Origin: Phyllosticta citribraziliensis
Taxonomy: Eukaryota
NCBI RefSeq assembly: GCF_038025025.1
Contig: NW_027117344.1
Location: forward strand, 1,054,001 to 1,118,000
Length of the DNA: 64,000 nucleotides
Reading direction: 5' to 3'
This document shows positions 13,614 to 26,499 of this stretch, piece after piece. Made by a program: the position numbers and the translations under genes. Below the pieces are notes generated by a model that had not been told where the DNA came from, searched no databases, and was given only the letters and a program-made list of their open reading frames with translations. Position 1 is the first letter of the stretch; each line of letters opens with the position of its first letter.

Positions 13614-16431
13614 TAGGTATACTATTAAATATAGCTATTAATTACTAATAATTTTATATAGTATTAGTAGATTATCTTAATAGCCTTTAAGGATAATATA
13701 CCTTAAGCCTTCTTAGAGTAGAAGACCTAGGCTAAAAGGCTCTTTAGTAAGTAGGTTAAGTATATCTACTTAGATAATAGAAGTAAGTTTATAGAAGGTA
13801 ACCTTATATATATTACTTAAATTATAGGTATATATATAGAGCCTACTACTCCTTATAATCCTAAGTAGAATAGTATAGCTAAGTATAGTGTATATATACT
13901 ACTTAAGTCTATCTATATAATTTTATAAGGGGCTAATCTTTCTAACTATTATTTTAAGAAGATACTAAAGACTATAGCTAACCTATCTAATTTAGCTCCT
14001 ACTTTAGCTAATAAGGATATTACTCTATACTAGTACCTATATAAGGAACCTCTACCTATTAATAAGCTCTATATAGTTAGTTATAAGCACTAGATACTAG
14101 TTTCTTAGAAAACTAACTTAAAAAAGTTAGATAACTAAGCCTAGAAGGGCTACCGTCTTAGCTTTAATAAAGGGAAGAACTAGTATAAAGTATAGAACTT
14201 AGATATATAGTAGCTTAAGTTAGTATAGGATGTCTAGTTCTTTAAGGACTAGTACTAATAGCCTAATAAGGTAGTCCCTCCTATTATTAGGTAGCCTATA
14301 ATTAACCTAGAGAGTATTATTATAGGCCTTATATATAAGAAATATCCTGCCCCTATATTAATTAAGGGGAGAATACTAAAGGCTATAGTTATAATTAAGT
14401 ATAGGGAGGTAAATATAATATATATAGCCCTAGTTACTAAATAAGGTAATATAGATAAAGTTTTCTATTATAGAGAACTAGATAATAATCTAGTAGAAGT
14501 TAAGTATTAACTTATATACTTATTACTTAAAGAAGTAGTAGCTAGCTACTATAGGCCTAGTCTTACTTAAAGGTATAATATAGCTACTTTAGTAGTAGTA
14601 ATTATATATACCCTAGAGAAGAACTAAGGGAAGGAGCTAGCTCTAGCTACTAATACTATTAAGGTTCTAGAGGAGCCTAGGATATATAATAAAGTAGTAT
14701 CTAGAGAGTACTCTATATAGTAGAGTACCTCTATTAAGGATAAAACTAACTTAATAATAGAGAATAATATATTTAAAGTCTATAATCTATCTAATAGATA
14801 AAAGGTCCTTAGGGGATACTATATCTTTAAAATTAAGATAGATATTACTAGTAAGCCTAAAAGATTTAAGTCTAGATAGGTAGTATAAGGCTTTAAGTAA
14901 TATTATAGAGTTAACTTCTAAGAGACCTTTATATCTATAGTTAAGCCTATAATATATAAGGTACTCTTTACCCTTACTAATAAGTTAGGGTAGGATATTA
15001 ACTAGATAGATATTAAGACTACTTTTCTATATAGTCTTATTAATACTAATATATATATTAAACTGCTACTAAACCTAAAGGCTAAATATCTAGGGAAGGT
15101 CTATAAACTATAGGTACTTTATTTAATACCCTAAGTATAGTACTAAAGGACCTTAGATTTAGTTATATTAATAAGGACTATAGGGTATTTACTAGGAAGG
15201 ATAGTATTATTATTATAGTATATATTAATAATCTTCTAGTAATAGGTCCTAATTATCTAGCTATTAAGGAAGTTAAGCTAGTACTATTATAGTATTTTAA
15301 GATATAAGATATAGGAGCTATTAGCTTCTATCTTAGTATTAAAGTAATATAGTACTTTAATAGTTATAAATATAAGTACTTCCTTACCTAGAAGGCCTAT
15401 ATTAAAAAGCTTCTTAATAACTTTAGTATAATAAAGGCTCTACCTAAGTATATTCCTATATAAGATAAGACTCTAACTCTAGCTAAGGTAGGCTATAATA
15501 CCTCTATAGAGTATAGAATATAGTATTAATTAGTAGTGGGATTACTTATATACCTAATAGTATATATAAGACCTAATATTACTTATATAGTATTATAGCT
15601 AAGTTAATTCTCTATAAATCCTATAAAAAAGTATATAGAAGTAGTTAAGGACCTTATATAATACTTAGGTACTCCTAAAGATATAGGCTTAACCTTTAGT
15701 TTAATAAAGGATAGGTTTATTAGTTATACTAATATAAACTAGGCTTAGAATAATAATTAGTAATCTACTAGAGGATATATCTTTATACTCTATAGAATAG
15801 TAGTATCTTAGAGCTTAAAGGGATAAGCTACTATAGCTCTATCCTCTTATAAGGCCAAATATATAGTAGAAATAGAGGTAGTAAAGGAGGCTATCTAGTT
15901 AGGTTATCTTATAAAAAACTTTAGTAGTTAGAAGGATAAAGCTATTATTATTTAAGGGGATAACTAAGATACTCTAGTACTAGTAAAGAATCTAGTCCTA
16001 TAATCCTAGATAAAGTATATTAATATATAGTATTACTTTATATATAAGAAGGTTATAGAAGGTTTAGTTTATATAAAATAGGTTAAGTTAGGTAATAACC
16101 TAGCTAATATTATAATAAAACTATTACCTAGAGCTACCTTTAATAAACTTTATAAAGATATTAGGATAACTAGAGTTAGAAGGGCTTAAGTTAGGGGAGT
16201 AGGAGTTAAGGGACTAATAGTAAACTATTTTTACTTCTTATATTCTTTTAAGACCTATATATAAGAAGGAAACTATAGAACTAGTATTTAAAGAGGAGTA
16301 TTAAATAAGAGATTAATACTAGTCTATAGATAGGAATACTATTACTAAAGGGGTATATCTAGTAAGGTCCTTACTATATTTTAGTTAGTCTATCTAGCCC
16401 CTTTAGGGGGAGTAATCTATTATATTTAATA
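13614..16431 (+). mobile_element. Ty1/copia retrotransposon D, 3' part (integrase-RT-RNase H, PPT, ~133-bp 3' LTR)
   Basis: De-RIPed motifs in copia order: DDFTRY.W, SDNG.EF, PYNPEQNG.AE (integrase); EP.TY.EA, RFKSRWVV.GF, QMDIKTAFL, YVDDLL (RT); YTDADWA, SSCEAEY, GDNQ, TKHID, LADIMTKPL (RNase H). PPT AAAGAGGAG followed by an LTR-like segment at 16299-16431. Confidence 0.9.
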
Positions 16432-16795
16432 AGACTATACTATAGGCACCTATCTAAGCTAAGTAGATAAGGATAATAAGCTATATCCTATAGCTTATTA
16501 TTCTAGAGAACTATCTCTTATAGAATTAAATTATAATATATATAATAAGGAGTTACTCTCTATAGTAATAGCTTTTAAAGAATAGAGATATTATCTAGAA
16601 GGAGCTAATTATTAAGTAGAAGTAATAATAGACTATTTAAACATATACTATTTTATAATAATAAAATAATTAACTAGATAATAAGCTAGATAGATAGAAA
16701 TTCTAGCTAATTATAACTTTAAAATTATCTACTAGAAAGGAAAAGAAAATAATAGAGCTAGTACTCTATCTAGAAGATTAGATTATACTAATTTA
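16432..16795 (+). mobile_element. Ty3/gypsy RNase H fragment (element E), host of copia D
   Basis: De-RIPed G.CLSQ..LHP.AYYSRELS..E.NY..HDKELL.IV.AFKEWRHYLEGA...DH...QARW...ALSRR.DY. Confidence 0.85.
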
Positions 16796-17428
16796 GAGCT
16801 GCCTCTCTACTTATATTAGAGCTAAAATTACTATTAGGAATAGGAATAATAATACTAAAAATAACCCTCTAGAGCTATAAAAATAGTGCTAACTAGTAGT
16901 ACTATACTAGGAAGGAACTATTATTAAGGTATAGGTCTCTTTCTCTCCTTTTTAAAAAGCTAGAAGATCTATAGTTTATATAGTTACTAGATACTATTAT
17001 AACTCGCAGATTTCTTATTATATAGGTAAGGGCTAAAGGCAAACTACTAGAGAATATATATATGTCTTAATTAAATCTAATAAGTTAAAAGAATAAAATA
17101 TAAAAGATACTTACTACCTATATATTCCCTAGCCTTCTCTTTATACTATTCTGCCTCTTATCCTTTATATAAGGGTCCTTAGTCATTATTAGGTAAGTTA
17201 TAAAGGTAAGGTATTAATAGGCTATTATACTATATCTACCTAGGGCTATAGTAGCTAGTACTAGGCTATAGTAGCTGGTACTAGGCTATAGTAGCTAGTT
17301 ACTACCTAAGGTAAGGCTTATACTTCTTATAACTATATAATACTAGGTTTATCTATACTAGCCTTAGTACTTATATAGGTATATATATACCTATTATAAT
17401 ATGCCCCCCCTAAAGAGAAGCTAAAATT

Positions 17429-17851
17429 TGTCACAATAGGCATACACGCGCCTATACAAGTACCAGGGCCAGCATAGACAAACCTAGCATTACATAGTTA
17501 TAGGAAGTACGAGCCTCACCTTAGGCAGCAGCCCACCACAGCTTAGGCTAAAACCCACAGGCTAGCACCAGCCACTACAGCCTAGCACCAGCCACTATAG
17601 CCTTAGGAAGATACCATATAACAGCCTATTAATACCTTACCTTTATAACTTACCTAATAATAACTAAGGACCCTTATATAAAGGATAAGAGGTAGAATAG
17701 TATAAAGGAAGGACTAGGAAATATATAGGCAGCAAGTATCTTTTATATTTTATTCTTTTAACTTATTAGATTTAATTAAGATATATATACATTCTCTAGT
17801 AGTTTACCTTTAGCCCTTACCTATATAATAAGAAATCTACAAGTTATAATA
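17429..17851 (+). repeat. B1 5' LTR with ~20-bp internal tandem repeat (CTAGCACCAGCCACTACAGC)
   Basis: Direct repeat of 25246-25668; differences are almost all C/T and G/A transitions. Confidence 0.95.
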
Positions 17852-20800
17852 GATATAAAAGATTATTCTAAGTTTTAGCTCTATCCTACTTCTTTACCTA
17901 TAAAGGTATTATAATATTTAACCTAAGTAATATTGTGTGCAGCTATAGTCTTATATAAGACTACTTATTACTTTTCCCTAGTAAACCTAAGTTATCTTTA
18001 TTAGGCGCATTAGTATTATCTAAGGACTAAGGAGCATTAAGCACGTATTAACTATAGAAGTCTTTAGTTAAGACTATAAAGTAGTATATAAATATTTAGG
18101 AGGTATCCCATCTATAACCTGCTTAAGGGACATTCTAAGTAGAAGACTATAAAGATAGTATAGCTAAGAATAAAGCTAATACATCTAGTACTACTAAAGG
18201 TATCAGTACTAGTTAATTAACCTAATAAGATTCGCGCGAAGAAACTAAAGATTTATATAATACTAGACACTTATTAAATAATAATAAGAGAGGACCTACC
18301 CCTATTCTCCTATATAATTTCTACTTAGTCCTAGCAGTAGAGGTAAAAGAACATACCTAAGACCTAGGGTTAACTTATACAGTTTAAGCTCTAGTTATAG
18401 AGGCGTTTATAAAGGTACCGCGCTCAGATATTAATTAATTTAAATCTAAGATTACATCCTTAAACAAGTCTTAAGTACAGCAGCAACTAAACCGCGCACA
18501 AAGGCAAAACTAGGCTCTTAAGTAAATGCTCTTAAACTATACTAATAGACTTAGGGAAGTTCTAAGGGAAGGATATATTAGGCCCTCTTTATTAGTTTAG
18601 TACCTAAGACCTATTACCCTCTCTTAAGATCCTTCTACTAGTAGAGTTATAAGGACTCTTAGACCTCCTTTTAACTATATAAGGGAAACTACTACTAAAA
18701 CCTCTACTTTATCTTTAAGTAGTAAGAAATACTAAAGTGGTAAGGTTCCTAATCCTCCTCTTCTTACTAATAGAGAAGACCCCTTATATAAATACTAGAC
18801 CCTCCTTATATAAAACAAAATTAAATAAAACCACGATCACTTTACTAAAGATATAGTAGAGGAGACTAAATAGAATATTATAGGTTATATCATTTCCTAT
18901 ATTAGTAGAGAAGTCTTATATCACCTAACTCCTTTCCTTACTTCTTATATAAAGGCTAATAAAGTCACTCTAGATAAGGATATCTTTAAATTCCTAGATA
19001 ACCTCCTCTAGAGTCTATATAAATATAAGGATATAAAGAAGCAGTTACGCTCTCTTATATACCGCATCCCTATAGACCTTTAGAAGTTTTAATTAAACTT
19101 CATATAATTAGCCTTAGACGCAGATCTTCCCTAGGAATAGTAGAAAGAGGACTTTTATAATATAATAGATCCTCTCCTTTAAACCTATATAGTTACTATA
19201 GAGTAAGATAGGGATGTCAACTTTTATAAGTACCTCTAACAAGCCTACCCTATTACTTAAAGTCTCAGTAACTACTATTCTAACTATAGAAAACCAACGC
19301 TCACGTCGTATAAGGAACGAGTAAAGAAGAGATAATAAGAATAAGTAAAGATAACTACCTTAGGCAGTATAAGTACTTTATCTTCTAGTTATACCTAGGC
19401 GCGATCTATATCTAGGGCTCCCTCATATGATACAACCCATAAAGGTAAAGTAGAAGTCCGTATAGAGATTAGACTATATAATTACTATAGCCAGTTTAGC
19501 TATTTATAGAGACAATGCCCACAACCTAAGATAAAGGTAATAGAGTTAGTTAAAGAAGAAAGCACTAAAGATATCTATATAAATAAAGGAGATCAGTCTT
19601 TATTAGAAAATAATAAGGCCTAGGTAAAGTCTCCTGCCTTAGGTCTAAACTTAGAGCAATATATATTAAAGATTCTTATATAAATCTTAGTTACTTTATT
19701 AGAGGTGTACCCTTTACCGTATAAACCTTAATTGTATCTAATAGCCGCGCCTTAGAAATTCATGCCCTAGCTAATACTAGTACTAGTAGTATAAGTTTTA
19801 TTTACCCTAAGCTACTACTAACTCTCTAGTCTATAGGTGCTATAAAAAAGAGAATAATAGGCGAAGGGCTTAATATTACTAGGTTTAACTAATATATAAA
19901 TGAGAAAGTTAATTTTTACTTTTATCTTTAACTCTACTTCTAGGATTAAATAGTTTCTACTTATACTTTTATTTATAATATTAGCCGTAACAACATGATT
20001 CTTAGGTGATAGTTTTTTAACTAGTATGATATTCTTCTAGACTATAAATAATGTAAACTAGTCTAGAGATAGCTACTAGTTAACCAATCCTTTTAGCATC
20101 TTTTATACCTACTAAAAGTCTCCGTGCGAAGTAATAAACCGCAGAAAGAATATTAAGTAGATGCAGACTATAGAGATAAAAACTTTAATAAATACCTTCT
20201 TTCCTTAGTATAGGTTATTAAGGGAATTGAATTTTAAACTTAAGATGCTTTTAAGCTTTCTATCTATAAAATACAAGTTGCGCTAATAGAGATCTATACT
20301 ATTAACCTTATACAAGTTTAAGCAGCTCTTAAAGATAAAGAAACTAAGGAATTATTAGCTTCTAAGCTACTAGCTACTTATAAGGAATTTTAAGATGTAT
20401 TTTCTAAAATAGAGTCTAATAAGCTACTACTATATTACATAGGGGTTAATTATAAAATATCTCTTATATATAATAGTCTACTAGAGCTTCTGCCTAGTCC
20501 TCTCTATAGAATATCTCTAGAGCAGCTTAAGGCTATAAAAGAGTATATTATTAAGAACCTTTAGAAAGGCTTTATTACTAAGAGCTTTACTGCCTATGCT
20601 TCTCCTATTCTTATAGTAAAAAAGCCTAGTAGGGGATAGAGATTTTATATAGACTACTAACAGCTTAATAAATAAACTGCTAAGGATTCGCACCCCCTTC
20701 CTCTTATTATAGAGTTACTTTAGCGCATTAGAAAGGGCAAAATTTATACTAAGCTTAATATTTAATAAGCTTTCTACCACATTCATCTCACTAAGGATTC

Positions 20801-23561
20801 TAAAGACAAGACTACCTTCTATATAAGATATAGCTTATTTAAATACTATATCTTACTATTTAGATTAAGCAACAGACCTACAGCCTTTTAATATTTTATT
20901 AACCAGGTTCTCTTTAAGTATTTAGACGATTTTATTATAGCTTTTATAGACAACATGCTTATTATCTCTAAAAACCCTATAGAGCATAAGGAACAAGTAA
21001 AAAAAGTACTAGTAAGACTATAAAAAGTAGGACTACAGGTAGATTTAAAGAAGAGTAAGTTTTCAGTTACTTATATAAAGTTTCTTAGATATATTATTTC
21101 TATAGAAGGTATTTAAATAGACCTAGACAAGGTAGAACCCATATAAAACTAGCTAATACTAAAAACCCTTAAAGCTCTTTAATCCTTCCTAGGTTTCTAT
21201 AATTTCTACTAATAATTTCTCCCTAACTATAGATAAATTAGCCAGCTATTAGAGAAACTATACTCTAAGGTAAAATAGTAATAACTAGGACCCCTAGAAG
21301 AAGAGGTAATTTAACGACTTAAGAAGCTGATATATAGTGATATACTCCTAGCCAATTATAACCCTACTCTTAATACTCATATAGAGACTGACGCAAGTAA
21401 TAGAGTTACTACTAGCATTTTAACACAGCTCTAGCAACCTTTATATAATTAGAAACTAGTAGTATTCTACTCTAAGGTAATAGCAGACGCAGAACTTTAT
21501 TATAGAATTTTAGATAAAGAACTACTAGCTATTAAGAATAGACTAGAAGAATAGAGACTAATACTTATCAGCCTTAAAAAACCTTTTCTTATAATTATAG
21601 ACTATTAGGTATTAGAGTACTACTCTACTAAATGACAACTTAATTAATAACAAGCTAGATAGTCTAAGTTTTTTATAGAGTTCTATATATAATTCTCCTA
21701 TTAACTAGGAAAGGAAAATATCATCACCAATTACCTTACTTAAAAATAAGAAGACCTAAAGACTTAAAAAGAAAAGGTAAGGGCTATATAAGAGATGTAC
21801 CTTATCCTACTAGAAACTATTATCCCTCTTTCTATTTTAGAATAAGAACTTCCTCCTCTAGTATTATTTTTAGATAAACTCCTCTATATAAACTAGGAAG
21901 ATTCTAAATTAGAACTCTAGAGATAGAAAGCCCTCTTAAAGGACCTTAAATAAAGAAATAGTTAGGAACTAAAGGATGGTCTTTTACTATAATATAGTAT
22001 ACTCTTTATACTAGATTATAATAACCTCCGCGCAAGAATACTTAATACTTTATATACTACCTATATAACCACCTATCCTAGTATTATAAAGATGTGAAAA
22101 CTCCTTAAGCAATATTACTACTAGCTAGCTATAAATTATACAATTAATATTTATAGGCGAGGATACTATATTTACCACTAAATAAAAGAGTTTTATAATA
22201 AAGACCTAGGCCTTTTATAACCCCTAGAGATTCCTACTTAACCCTAGTAATACTTAGCTATAGATTTTAAAGAGATGCCTAAAGACTAAAAAGGCTATAA
22301 TACAATCCTAGTTATTATAGACTAGTTAAGTTAAAGAACCTTTAGCTTACCTTATATAAAGAAGATTAATACTAAAGGAGTCTCTAGACTCTTTTATAAA
22401 TATATCTACTATATTTATAGAAACCCTAAGTCTATCCTATCTAACTAAGGCCCTTAGTTCATCTTAGCGTTTATAAATAAACTATATAAGCTGACTAGTA
22501 TAGAGCAGTATTTTAACTTATCCTACTACTCTTAAACTAATAGTATTATAGAGATTATTAATTAGCATCTTATATAAAAATTAAGACCTTTTATTAATTA
22601 CTTTTAAAATAATTAGTCTGATCTTCTGCTATTAATAGACCTCATACAAGTAATACTTCTCTATAAAGCTACTAGACTTTTATCTTTTAAGATTAAGTTA
22701 GGATATTCCCCTTAAATATACTATAACTAGTAATAAAGAATAGAGACCCCCTAGTAACTAGAAAAGATAGCTTGTATAGTAGCGTAAATGCTATAAAAGA
22801 GAAGATAAGAAGCTTTTAAATTTATAAAGAATCTTATTCTTAAATCCTAAGAGTATATACGCTAATAAGCTAATAAATACCGTTGCGCGCTAGACTTTAT
22901 AGTTAGAGATTATATCTATATTAAGAAAACTAGATAGTCTACTAATTAGCTAAACCTTAAATTAGACTTCCCTAATACTAGACCTTTTAAGATTATAGGA
23001 ATAGAAGGACCCTCCTACATCCTTAATCTTCCCTTATATATAAAGATAGTCAACCTTTTCCACGCTAATAGGCTATATAAGGCCAAAATAGAACAGCTTC
23101 CTAGTTAGGAATATACTAAACCTAAACCTAAGATTATTTAAGACGAGCCTAAGTAGGAAGTAGACTATATTTAAGCTAGTTAAGTCTTATATAAGAAGCT
23201 TTAATACCAAGTTAAATAGACTAGATACGACTAAGATGACTAGTAGTATAATGTAAGTTCTTTTAGCAGCGCGCTATAGAAAATTAAAGAATTCCACTTA
23301 TTATACCCCATTATAGTAGGACTACTAAAAAATCTAGAAAAATAGAAGGCTGCCTTCCTCTAAGAAGAACTATAGATTAAAATAGAAAGTAATAATAAAA
23401 TAAGTTACTTAGGCCTATAGTAAATATTATAAAGATATAGAAAGTAGACTAATTAGTTTACTATCTACCCTTATATAAATACTATTAATCTTAACTTCTA
23501 CTCTCTAGTCTCTCCTTTTTACTACTTATTCCCTACTATCCTCTTTTTTAATTTCTACCCT

Positions 23562-24403
23562 TTACTTCTTTCCTTTTCCCTTCTTCTTATTATAATAGTT
23601 ATTATATAAGACTATCTCCTCTAGATCCTCTAGCTTATTAGGTAGGATGTCCTACTTAGCTAAAGCCTAATTAGTTTAATCCTCTAACCTGGCTTAGTAG
23701 TATAAGTTCTAGAACTCCTCTATATAAATTTTATCTTCACGCCTCTTATAATAAGTAGGCGGCTTGGCACCCTTTAAGTTACTTATAGTGTAGTTAAGGT
23801 TACCTATACCTTAAAGGCAGTTGGCGCAGCAGCCCTATAAGAAACTAGGTAGGTGGTAATAACTAATAAATGTGTAAGTATTAGTATTGTCGCGACACTT
23901 AGTATAGCTAATAGGGTTATTAATTCTAGTATACTAGATAAGAAAAGCATCGCGCGAGCTAGCTTAAGTTTTAACTAATAAGTAGTTAAATTGCTAAGTA
24001 GAAACTATAATATGTAAGTAAGGCATGCTGTTATCTAAGGCTAAGATGCGCTTAGTACACTCTTATGCTTTAGAACTACTAAGGCGCGCCTATATAGTTA
24101 GTTAGATAAGAATCCCTTATATTAGCAAGATAAACTTACTTATATAATACTCTCTATATTCTTATAAGGGATATAAAGTATTAACTTAAAGTCCTACTTA
24201 ATAGGCGCCTTATTAGAGCTAACTAGCAACGCCGTAACGTGAATCTTACTATTACTACTATTATATAAAGTAGCAGGTAGTAAGTACTTAGCTACTAGAA
24301 CCTAATAAGCTATAGGATTATAATAATGGTATGTATAAGTAGGCTCTTTACCTTCTTCCTCTAAAATAGGCTGCATAATAGTGAACCGGCAGCGACGCGG
24401 CAT
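23562..24403 (-). pseudogene. Antisense accessory ORF of B1 with Cys-rich DUF3716-like domain (RIP-inactivated; 5' end uncertain)
   Basis: One frame 23963->23562 reads ASSRDAFLI(Q).TG...P..(C).KCRD......F..(C).HLP(G)F..GCCANCL.G.GNLN(C)T...KKKGKGKK-stop; KCRD and GCCANC are literal. Internal stops are all TAG/TAA derivable by RIP. Confidence 0.72.
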
Positions 24404-25245
24404 AATAGGCTAGTTAGTAGCAGGCTATATAGCTATAGATGATAAACCTTACGCGATAACTAATAATACTAATTAAGTAGAACCTAATGCTATAGTATGC
24501 TATAGGTAAAGTGATAAGCCTATAGCTGTTTCTAGCTAAATAAGTAAAGCCTGGCCTAACTAAGTCTTTATATAAGTGTCCTCCTCTATAATTGTATTAG
24601 TTAGCAAGACGGGATAATGAAGTAGTAAAACCTAGATATATAATACTACTTAATAGCCTAGATAATAATTAGTAATAGTTAGAGATAGAATTAAAGTTTA
24701 CTTATCTTAGGACTCTACGCAATAGTCCTTATAGATACTGCTAGCTAAAACAGCTCTCTAAGTAAGTAGTAACTGCGACGGATTATAAATAATGCTATAT
24801 AATAATGACTTAATACCATAACTCTTATATAATAGTAATAAGTCCTAATAGACTAGACTATAATAAGCAGTAGATGCATTAAGCGTATAGCAGCTAGGAA
24901 TATCTACTTTACTATTAGTAGGGTATAAATTATTTAAATTATTAGAACCTTCACGCGCGACAGTTAGTTTACTAGATTATAGCTAAATTAGACTAGGATA
25001 ATAACATACTTTAATAGGGAGCTTTAGATATAGCCAAGCAAGATAGTGACCTTCTACAGGTTACATAGCAAAAGAGATAGTAATAGAAAGAGATAGTATA
25101 GTAGTAGACCTAGACTAATAATTATACTATACATATAGAATACTTAAATCACTAAATCACTACCATTATATATTATAAGTCTACGCCTACACAAGCACCT
25201 ACAGCTGCTAATTCCTATAATTTCAGCTTCTCTTTAGGGGGGGCA

Positions 25246-25668
25246 TATCACAATAGGCGTATATATGCCTATATAAGCACTAGGGCCAGCATAGACAAAC
25301 CTAGCATTATACAGTCATAAGAAGCACGAGCCTCACCTTAGGTAGCAGCCCACCACAGCTTAGGCCAAAACCTACAGGCTAGCACCAGCCACTACAGCCT
25401 TATACCAGCCACTACAGCCTTAGGAAGATACCATACAACAGCCTATTAATACCTTACCTTTACAACTCACCTAATAATAACTAAGGACCCTTATATAAAG
25501 GATAAGAGGTAGAATAGTATAAAGGAAGGACTAGGAAATATATAGGTAGTAAGTATCTTTTATATTTTATTCTTTTAACTTATTAGATTTAATTAAGATA
25601 TATATACATTCTCTAGCAGTTTACCTTTAGCCCTCACCTACATAACGAGAAATCTGCGAGTCGTAACA
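25246..25668 (+). repeat. B1 3' LTR
   Basis: Follows the PPT, ends GTAACA, followed by TSD AAATT. Confidence 0.95.
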
Positions 25669-26499
25669 AAATTATAGGAATTAGTAGCTATAGGTACTTA
25701 TATAGGCGCAGTCTTATAATATATAATAGTGGTAATTTAGTAATTTAAGTATTCTATATAGTTATAAAGTATAATTATTAGTCTAGCTTTATTACTATAC
25801 TATCTTTCTCTATTACTATCTTCTATTACTATATAACCTATAGAAGGTTACTATCTATCTTAGCTATATCTAGAGCTCCCTACTAAAGTATGTTATTATC
25901 TAGTCTAAATTAGCTATAATCTAGTAAACTAACTGTTATATATAGGCTTAAAGGAGCTATATTCTACTAAGAGTAATAAAGAAGGTCCTATACCTAGTAT
26001 ACTAGCTATGCTAGCTATACTAGCTGTGCCCGTTACTTATTATAGTCTAGTCTATTAGGATTCCTTACTATTATATAAGGCTTATCTGCTTAAGTTGTTA
26101 TTATATAGTATTATTTATAATCTATTATAGTTACTACTTACTTAGAGAGCTGTTTTAGCTAGTAGTATATCTTAGGACTATTATATATAAGGTAAGTAAA
26201 GTCTATCTCTTTAAAACTGTTACTAATTATTATTTAGGTTACTAAGTAGCTTTATATATCTAAATTCTACCACTTTATTATCCTATCTTACTAACTAATA
26301 TAATTATAGAGGAGAATACTTATATAAATAGGTAGTTAGGCCAGGCTTTACTTATTTAGCTAGGACTAGCTATAGGCTTATTACTTTACTAGCACTATCC
26401 TATAGTATTAGGTTCTATATAATTAGTATTATTAGTTATTATATAAGGTTTATTATTATTAGCTATATAGCCTACTACTAGCTAGTCTACTTCTCTTAT

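Larger units (their letters stand above)
17429..25668 (+). mobile_element. Ty3/gypsy chromovirus B1, full length (8240 bp), least RIP-damaged copy
   Basis: 423-bp LTRs at 17429-17851 and 25246-25668 (TGTCAC...GTAACA), TSD AAATT both sides, G-rich PPT ~25236-25243. Gag KVPDPPLL..G.DP (~18740), CCHC knuckle (~19478-19520), protease ALADTGA (~19765), RT (A)FIDD (~20940-20955), RNase H ETDAS/DKELLA, integrase W..LAMDF/SDRGPQF/GPF, chromodomain WEV..I...YQVKWTGY (~23150-23300). Confidence 0.96.

Noticed and set aside
17240..17300. 20-bp repeats as a possible CRISPR-like array
   Set aside because: Head-to-tail repeats without spacers inside an LTR of a eukaryotic genome.
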